Sequence record: SRR22947727_2045
Length of the DNA: 64,000 bases
Reading direction: 5' to 3' (one strand)
Of this stretch, positions 58,210 through 64,000 are shown piece by piece (the stretch's first letter is position 1; every line of letters begins with the position of its first letter). Both the position numbers and the translations under genes were made by a program. The notes beneath the pieces are model-generated. The model was not told the origin of the DNA and did not search any database. It saw only the letters and a list, made by a program, of their open reading frames with translations.

Positions 58210-58308
58210 TCCTCCCTAGCGCTGGCATTACCCAGATCAGGTTCAGCGGGTCGGCAGACGCGTCTGCCCTCTCAGCCCACCGCTATCGCGTGAGCTCCCC
58301 TTGGTTGT
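58210..58308 (-). ncRNA. TPP riboswitch
   Basis: Minus strand reads GGGGAGC...GGGCTGAGAG...GACCCGCTGAACCTGATCTGGGTAATGCCAGCGCTAGGGAGG. The RBS overlaps the aptamer 3' end, suggesting translational control. Confidence 0.95.
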
Positions 58309-58409
58309 GTTCAGTTATTGCCACTTCAGGTTGCTGGTGTGCCCTACATCAGACGGCCACGGGTGTTTTTGTGTCTGAACGCAGCATACTCTGCCGAACG
58401 GACCGTGCA

Positions 58410-59570
58410 TCAGTACCGAACCTCGGTCCACGCACCCGAGGCGGCACTGGCTCGGATGGCGTCCGCGACGCACGCTCCGTGGTAGCCGTCGATGAAGGTT
58501 GGGTAGCGCGGCGCATCGGCGGGCTCACCGCGAGCGACATCGTCGTAAACGCTCGCGAAGAAAGCGGTGAAGGCCTCGGCGTACCCCTCGACGTGACCGC
58601 CCGGGTAGAACGCCACCGAGCGTGCCTCGTCGGACAGGTGCACGGGATCTTTCAGCAGGACCTCACTGGTTCGGCCGCGCCGACCGATCCACAACGTGTC
58701 GCTGGCTTCCGAACTCCACATCAACGCCCGTTGTGATCCGGCGAGCTCGAATCGCAGATCGTTCTTGCGGCCCGCCGACACCTGGGACACCGAGAACGAG
58801 CCGCGGGCGCCTCCCTCGAGACGCAACAGAACGCTGGCCGCATCGTCGGTGTCGATGGACACGGGTTCGCCCCCGGCTACGGATGCCCCGCTGAACGTCT
58901 CGACCTCCCCGTGCGGTCGGTACCGCACAGGGATGAACGTGTGCAGATCCGCGCACACCTCCGTGACGCGCCGCCCGGAGATCCACGACATCAGGTCCAG
59001 CCAGTGCGAGCCGATGTCGGCCACCGAACGCAGATCTCCCGCCCGCTCGGCGTCCAAGCGCCAATTCCAGTCCGTGTCCTCGAACAACCAATCCTGGTGA
59101 TAGGACCCGGTGAGGAAGCGTGGCTCTCCCAGCTCGCCGGAGCGCATCATGGCGTGCGCTTCATGCATCAGCGGATAGAAGCGAAAGTTGAAGCAGGTCG
59201 CATGAACGACTCCGGCAGCCTGGGCTGCATCGACCATGGCGCCCGCGCTCGCAGAGTCCAACGCCATCGGCTTCTCGCAAATGACGTGCTTGCCTGCGTT
59301 GGCGACCGCGATCGCCTGGGATGCGTGCACATGGTTGGGGCTCGCGATGTGCACGACGTCGATATCGGGTTGCTCGAGTAGCTCCTCAAGATCGGAGTAG
59401 ACGACCGGAACGCCCCAGGCCGTTGCCTTCTCTCGCGCCCGATCCGGGCTCGAACCGACGAGGCCCACCACCACTGCTCCGGCTCGTCGCGCGCACTCCA
59501 CGTGCACTGCGCCGATCTGCCCGGTCCCGACGATGGCAACGGCGGGTGATACGTCCTTGGGTGCGTTCAT
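58410..59570 (-). CDS. Gfo/Idh/MocA family oxidoreductase
   Basis: G.G.IG, HIASPNHVH, GKHVICEKP, NWRLD and DIGSHW motifs. Confidence 0.9.
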   Translation of the reverse strand: MNAPKDVSPAVAIVGTGQIGAVHVECARRAGAVVVGLVGSSPDRAREKATAWGVPVVYSDLEELLEQPDIDVVHIASPNHVHASQAIAVANAGKHVICEKPMALDSASAGAMVDAAQAAGVVHATCFNFRFYPLMHEAHAMMRSGELGEPRFLTGSYHQDWLFEDTDWNWRLDAERAGDLRSVADIGSHWLDLMSWISGRRVTEVCADLHTFIPVRYRPHGEVETFSGASVAGGEPVSIDTDDAASVLLRLEGGARGSFSVSQVSAGRKNDLRFELAGSQRALMWSSEASDTLWIGRRGRTSEVLLKDPVHLSDEARSVAFYPGGHVEGYAEAFTAFFASVYDDVARGEPADAPRYPTFIDGYHGACVADAIRASAASGAWTEVRY

Positions 59571-59705
59571 TGGTCGTCCTCATCGGTTGGGCGTGCCGAG
59601 TGAATCTAGCGGTCGTGGACTGGGGTTTTTGCGCATCGCGGGTTTTGGATCGCGTTACTCTCTGGTGGACCAGCACCCGGTGGACGCCGCACGTGAGGAG
59701 ATGCC

Positions 59706-60998
59706 ATGACCGTGTCTGCTTCGCCCTCGGTGGAAGCGCTACCCCACTGGGAGGAGACCCCGGACGATCTCCCGGCCGCCATCCGCCAGATCAAGTCGGC
59801 CATCCGCGCGTCGATCGAGTCGAGCGGCCGATCGGTGGAGCAGGTCGCGCAGGCCCTCGAGGAGCGCATCGCCGAGCGCGTGCGGGTGATCGACGCGGCG
59901 AAGGCCGCGGGGGAGTCGATCTGGCCGGAGATCGACTTCGACGACATCGCGCAAGGCACCGTCACGAAGGCCCAACGAGATCTGGTCAAAGCGCGGGGGT
60001 GCCTGGTGGTGCGCGGCCACTTCGACCCTGAGCAGGCGTTGGAATGGGACCAGTCCATCCTTACCTACGTCGAAGGCAACCACTTCTTCGAGGACTACCG
60101 GGGATCGGGGGACGACTTCTTCGCCTCGGTGGGTTCCCGTCCGGAGATCTACCCGATTTACTGGTCGCACGCCCAAATGCAGGCGCGGCAAAGCGACCGG
60201 ATGGCCGCGGTGCAGTCCTTCATGAACAACCTCTGGACGAGCACATCGATGGATGTCGAGTGGTTCGACCCCGAGCGCGATTCCTTGTATCCGGATCGGA
60301 TTCGGCGCCGACCCGAGGGCGCGGACTCTGCCGGCCTGGGAACACACATCGACACGGGAACGTTGGACTTGTGGATGACGAAGGCCTACCAGCGCGCTTT
60401 CCGTCACGTCTACGACGGCTCCATCGAAGAGTACGACCCGTGGGATGCGACGTTTCGAACCGAAGGACCCCAATACCCCGGTACGACGATGTGCTCGGCC
60501 TTTCGCACCTTCCAGGGCTGGACGGCGCTATCGGACATGGACTTCGACCAGGGTGTCCTGCACGCGATACCGATCCCCGAAACGATGGCGTACCTGCTGC
60601 TGCGTCCGATGTTGGACGACACCGACGATGACGACATGTGCGGCGTGATGGTCAACAAGGTGTTCCCGATCAACGAGAAGTGGCACGAGTTGCCGATGCA
60701 AGCCTTGAGTGGGATCCCGAGTGTGCGCGCCGGCGATTCGGTGTGGTGGCACTGCGATCTCGTGCACGGCGTTGCGCCGGTGTTCGATCAACAAGGCTGG
60801 GGCAACGTGATGTATATCCCGGCCGCCCCGTGGTGTCCGCGCAACCGGGAGTACGCGCCGATCGCGTTCGAGGCGTTCGCCACCGGGTCGAGCCCGAGCG
60901 ACTTCCCATCGGAGCACTACGAGCGCCAGTGGCCGGATCGCTTCTCGGTCGAAGAGTTGAACGACCGCGGCCGCCGCGGCTTCGGCATCGCGGACTAA
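59706..60998 (+). CDS. DUF1479 / YbiU family protein (putative 2OG-Fe(II)-type oxygenase)
   Basis: IYWS..QM.ARQ, YPDRIRRR, H.D, FRTFQGW, WWHCD..H and VMYIPAAP motifs. Confidence 0.85.
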   Translation: MTVSASPSVEALPHWEETPDDLPAAIRQIKSAIRASIESSGRSVEQVAQALEERIAERVRVIDAAKAAGESIWPEIDFDDIAQGTVTKAQRDLVKARGCLVVRGHFDPEQALEWDQSILTYVEGNHFFEDYRGSGDDFFASVGSRPEIYPIYWSHAQMQARQSDRMAAVQSFMNNLWTSTSMDVEWFDPERDSLYPDRIRRRPEGADSAGLGTHIDTGTLDLWMTKAYQRAFRHVYDGSIEEYDPWDATFRTEGPQYPGTTMCSAFRTFQGWTALSDMDFDQGVLHAIPIPETMAYLLLRPMLDDTDDDDMCGVMVNKVFPINEKWHELPMQALSGIPSVRAGDSVWWHCDLVHGVAPVFDQQGWGNVMYIPAAPWCPRNREYAPIAFEAFATGSSPSDFPSEHYERQWPDRFSVEELNDRGRRGFGIAD

Positions 60999-61016
60999 AC
61001 GGCACGGGAGCAGGAC

Positions 61017-61562
61017 ATGGCGGAAGTCTTCGACGGGATCGACGAACGGCTAGCCGAGTGGATCGCGGCGCAACCGTTGTTCTTCGTTGCCACCGCGCCG
61101 ATGTCGGCAGCCGGGCACGTCAACTGCTCACCTAAGGGACTACCGGGCACGTTCGCGGTGCTCGATGAGAACGAGGTCGCCTACCTCGACCTCACCGGCA
61201 GCGGAGCGGAAACGATCGCCCACGTGAAGGAGAACGGCCGCATCGTGATCATGTTCTGTGCGTTCACCAAGCGTCCCCGGATCGTCCGGCTGCACGGCAC
61301 CGCACGAGTGGTCGAGGCGGGGAGTGCGGAGTTCTCCGAACTGGCCGATCGGTTCGCCGGTTACCTGGGCGCCCGCTCGATCGTGCGCATTGCCGTGGAC
61401 CGGGTGTCCGATTCCTGCGGCTACGGCGTCCCAGCAATGGAATTCGTTAGCGAGCGCGAGAACCTGCCCCTAGATCACGCAAAGCGCGGAGCCGACGGAC
61501 TCGAGACCTACCGGCAGGACAACAACACCGTCAGCCTCGACGGCCTGCCCGCGCTGCCCTAG
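61017..61562 (+). CDS. Pyridoxamine 5'-phosphate oxidase family (split-barrel flavin-binding) protein
   Basis: FFVATAP, VNCSPKG, DLTGSG.ETIAH..ENGR..IMFCAF and SCGYGVP motifs. Confidence 0.88.
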   Translation: MAEVFDGIDERLAEWIAAQPLFFVATAPMSAAGHVNCSPKGLPGTFAVLDENEVAYLDLTGSGAETIAHVKENGRIVIMFCAFTKRPRIVRLHGTARVVEAGSAEFSELADRFAGYLGARSIVRIAVDRVSDSCGYGVPAMEFVSERENLPLDHAKRGADGLETYRQDNNTVSLDGLPALP

Positions 61563-61669
61563 ACCCGATCGTTGTCGCCCCCTGGGCTTACCAAGACCAG
61601 TGAGCCGAGCGTGTGCGGACGCTGTGCGGAATCCGACCGCGCCGTGGCCTGATTTGCAACAATCATCCG

Positions 61670-63409
61670 GTGGGAACAGTGAGCTGGCGTGATCGACTAG
61701 GCGGCCCATGGGCGTTCTCCTGGCGCGCCTCTCTCGTCGGCTCCGCACTGATTTCGCTGCTGATCATCGTGCGCGGCAGCGCGCTCAGCGGAAGTGACCC
61801 GAGCCCGTCGGGGGTCATCGCCTGGGTAGGTGTCGCGCTCGTCGCGGTTGCGGCGAAATCGGCGTGGCAGTTCGGAGCGGATCGATCGATCCTGCAGCAG
61901 CGCCACCGCACGCAACTGTCCTTGACCCGTGTCTTCGTCTTTTACTCCATCTCCGGGCTGATCTTCGGCGTCGGCTTGGTGATCGCGGAGTTGTGGATCA
62001 GCCCCGAAGGGTCGACGGCCTCGGCCGGCGACGCCATCGTGCGAGCAGTCGCCCTGGCCGCAGCGACGGTCTGCTGGTACATCCTCACCACGATCTTGTT
62101 CGATGCTCGTGAGCGCTTTTGGCGGCAACGCGAGCAGCTTCTCGAGGAACTAGTGGCTTCACAGATGGCGCAGATCCAAGAAGAGCAAGTGCTGGACGGC
62201 TTACGCGATCAGGTTCGCGCGGACCTGGAACAACCCCTCGCCGACGCCAAACTCCTCACCGCGACCGCGCTCCTCGAGAACGATGACTCCAGCTCGTCGG
62301 CGGTCCCGCAGCGTCTGCGCGAGCTGGCTTCCGGGTCGGTCCGATCGCTCAGCCACGAGATGATGGAGGAGCAGCAGCGCCACTACTCGCAAGGACGGCT
62401 GCGAGATGTGTGGAAGACCTTCGTGTTGGAGATTCGTTTCGCCATCGGGCCGGTGCTGATCCTGATCGTCATGGCCTACGCGATCGACACGGCGGTACGC
62501 AACCAGTCGCAGGTCGGCATCGCGTCCACGATCGCGTTTTCGGTGGTCGGGGCTGGGTGCATGTGGTTGGCGAACAAAGCGATGGACCGGACGCCCACAT
62601 GGCGGATCCCCATCTACACGATCACTTTCGTGGTGATGCTCGTGCTGGCGTTGATGCACGTGTCGGGCGTGACGTTCGCGGGAATGGTCGACGGTGAGTT
62701 GGCCACGATCGACATGTCCTGGGCCGAAGTTGGCTTTTTGGTGTTGTTGGCGTCGACCGGCTTGCTGGGCACCTCCTACGCCGCGGCGGTGTTGTCGAAT
62801 CGGGAGCAGGTGCTGGACCGGCTTCGCGAGGACGCGGACCTGTCGCTCGCGCAAGAAATCGCCAACGCTCAACGCCTAGCGTCCACCACCCGCCAACTGG
62901 GCTCTGAACTGCACGGCGCGTTACAGACCCGGCTGCTGGTGTGTGCCGGCGCCATCGATAGCGCGCTGGCGAACGAAGATGCCGACGCCCGGCGTGATGC
63001 GTTGAACCAGGCGTGGGACGTGCTCAAGACACCGCTGGAATCACAACAGCAGGCCGGCTCCATCCAAGAATGCGTTGATCAGCGTGTCGCCGCATGGACC
63101 GGTCTGCTGGATGTCCGCTGCAAAATGGCCGCGTCGATCGGCACGATCGGTGGCTCTCTCGCACGATCGGTGGACGTCGTCATCGAAGAAGGCTTAGCGA
63201 ACGCCTACCGGCACGGGGATGCGACGCGCGTGGATGTGAACATTTGGGTCGACGGCAACGACATCGTGGTGGAGATCATCGATGACGGTCGCGGTCTGGG
63301 TGACATCATCTCCGGGATGGGATCGCAGCGGATGGCAGCCGTTGGTGCGTTGAGCCTGACGGCCCACACGGGGGGCGGGACTGCGTTGACCGTCGCTGTG
63401 TCGAGATAG
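61670..63409 (+). CDS. Multi-TM sensor histidine kinase-like protein
   Basis: H-box ELHGALQTRL, N-box EEGLANAYRHG, DDGRG and GMGS motifs; two TM blocks. Start uncertain. Confidence 0.75.
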   Translation: MGTVSWRDRLGGPWAFSWRASLVGSALISLLIIVRGSALSGSDPSPSGVIAWVGVALVAVAAKSAWQFGADRSILQQRHRTQLSLTRVFVFYSISGLIFGVGLVIAELWISPEGSTASAGDAIVRAVALAAATVCWYILTTILFDARERFWRQREQLLEELVASQMAQIQEEQVLDGLRDQVRADLEQPLADAKLLTATALLENDDSSSSAVPQRLRELASGSVRSLSHEMMEEQQRHYSQGRLRDVWKTFVLEIRFAIGPVLILIVMAYAIDTAVRNQSQVGIASTIAFSVVGAGCMWLANKAMDRTPTWRIPIYTITFVVMLVLALMHVSGVTFAGMVDGELATIDMSWAEVGFLVLLASTGLLGTSYAAAVLSNREQVLDRLREDADLSLAQEIANAQRLASTTRQLGSELHGALQTRLLVCAGAIDSALANEDADARRDALNQAWDVLKTPLESQQQAGSIQECVDQRVAAWTGLLDVRCKMAASIGTIGGSLARSVDVVIEEGLANAYRHGDATRVDVNIWVDGNDIVVEIIDDGRGLGDIISGMGSQRMAAVGALSLTAHTGGGTALTVAVSR

Positions 63410-63416
63410 TGGGGTC

Positions 63417-63920
63417 ATGACCAACCCCGTTGTGGTGCGCCGCGCCACGGTCGATGATCTGGCGGCAGCGTCCCGGATCAGTGTCGAGGCCTACGTCGGT
63501 GCCGGGCAACTCGATGACGGCCCGGACGGCTTCTACGGCACGGTGCTCGCCGACACCGGCTCCCGCCAGAGCGATGCGTTGCTGCTGGTGGCTGTTCGGC
63601 AGGGCCAGGTGGTGGGGACGGTGACGATCTGCCCGCCGGCATCACCGTTTCGGGAGATTGGCCGCGACGGAGAAGTCGAGTTCCGCTTCCTGGCTGTCGC
63701 GCCCGAGGCGTGGGGGTGCGGCGTGGGCAACGCTCTCGTGGCGGCGTGCGAGGAGCACGCGCGCTCGACCGGGTCGAATCGACTCGTGATTTGTGTCCGG
63801 GACATCAACGCAGCCGCGATGACGCTCTATGCACGTCACGGTTTCCAGCGCTTGCCCGATCGCGACTGGCATCCGGTTCCCGACGTCGCCCTCTTAGCCT
63901 TCGAGAAGAACCTGACCTGA
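63417..63920 (+). CDS. GNAT family N-acetyltransferase
   Basis: VRRAT..D, FRFLAVAP...G.GVG and A..LY...GF.R motifs. Confidence 0.88.
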   Translation: MTNPVVVRRATVDDLAAASRISVEAYVGAGQLDDGPDGFYGTVLADTGSRQSDALLLVAVRQGQVVGTVTICPPASPFREIGRDGEVEFRFLAVAPEAWGCGVGNALVAACEEHARSTGSNRLVICVRDINAAAMTLYARHGFQRLPDRDWHPVPDVALLAFEKNLT

Positions 63921-64000
63921 CAGGTCAGCTCGCCTGCTGCAGTTATGCCTCGGGTATGCGAGCCAGGTGACGTTCCCGCACCGCCAGGAACAGCGGAAAC

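Overview
High-GC actinobacterial chromosome backbone, inferred from whiB, mtrAB-lpqB, F420 genes and a fasR-fabDH-acpP-fabF operon. Left part: cell-wall glycopolymer and mannose genes (CDP-alcohol phosphotransferases, GT2s, LCP, SpoIID/LytB, manC/manB/manA), fbiA/fbiB, whiB and ahcY. An inserted pxpABC plus arsenic module follows, then mtrAB-lpqB-comF-secA, WS/DGAT plus patatin, and moeZ. A VapBC toxin-antitoxin pair lies at the junction with the FAS-II/aceE/ahpE block. The right end holds a TPP-riboswitch-controlled thiamine ABC transporter and several accessory genes. I saw no rRNA, tRNA, CRISPR array, transposase or phage gene, and no unmistakable new multi-gene system. The best leads are: a structured, possibly switching RNA leader upstream of ahcY; a degenerate GNAT-LuxR fusion regulator in a rearranged comF-secA region with no hpf; FabD fused to a biotin-carrier-like domain lacking the acceptor lysine; a FUSC-like gene coupled to the thiamine operon; a YdbST-like pair inserted between fbiA and fbiB; and an Rv3235-family gene remnant missing from the ORF track. 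All family calls come from motif recognition by eye, not database searches.
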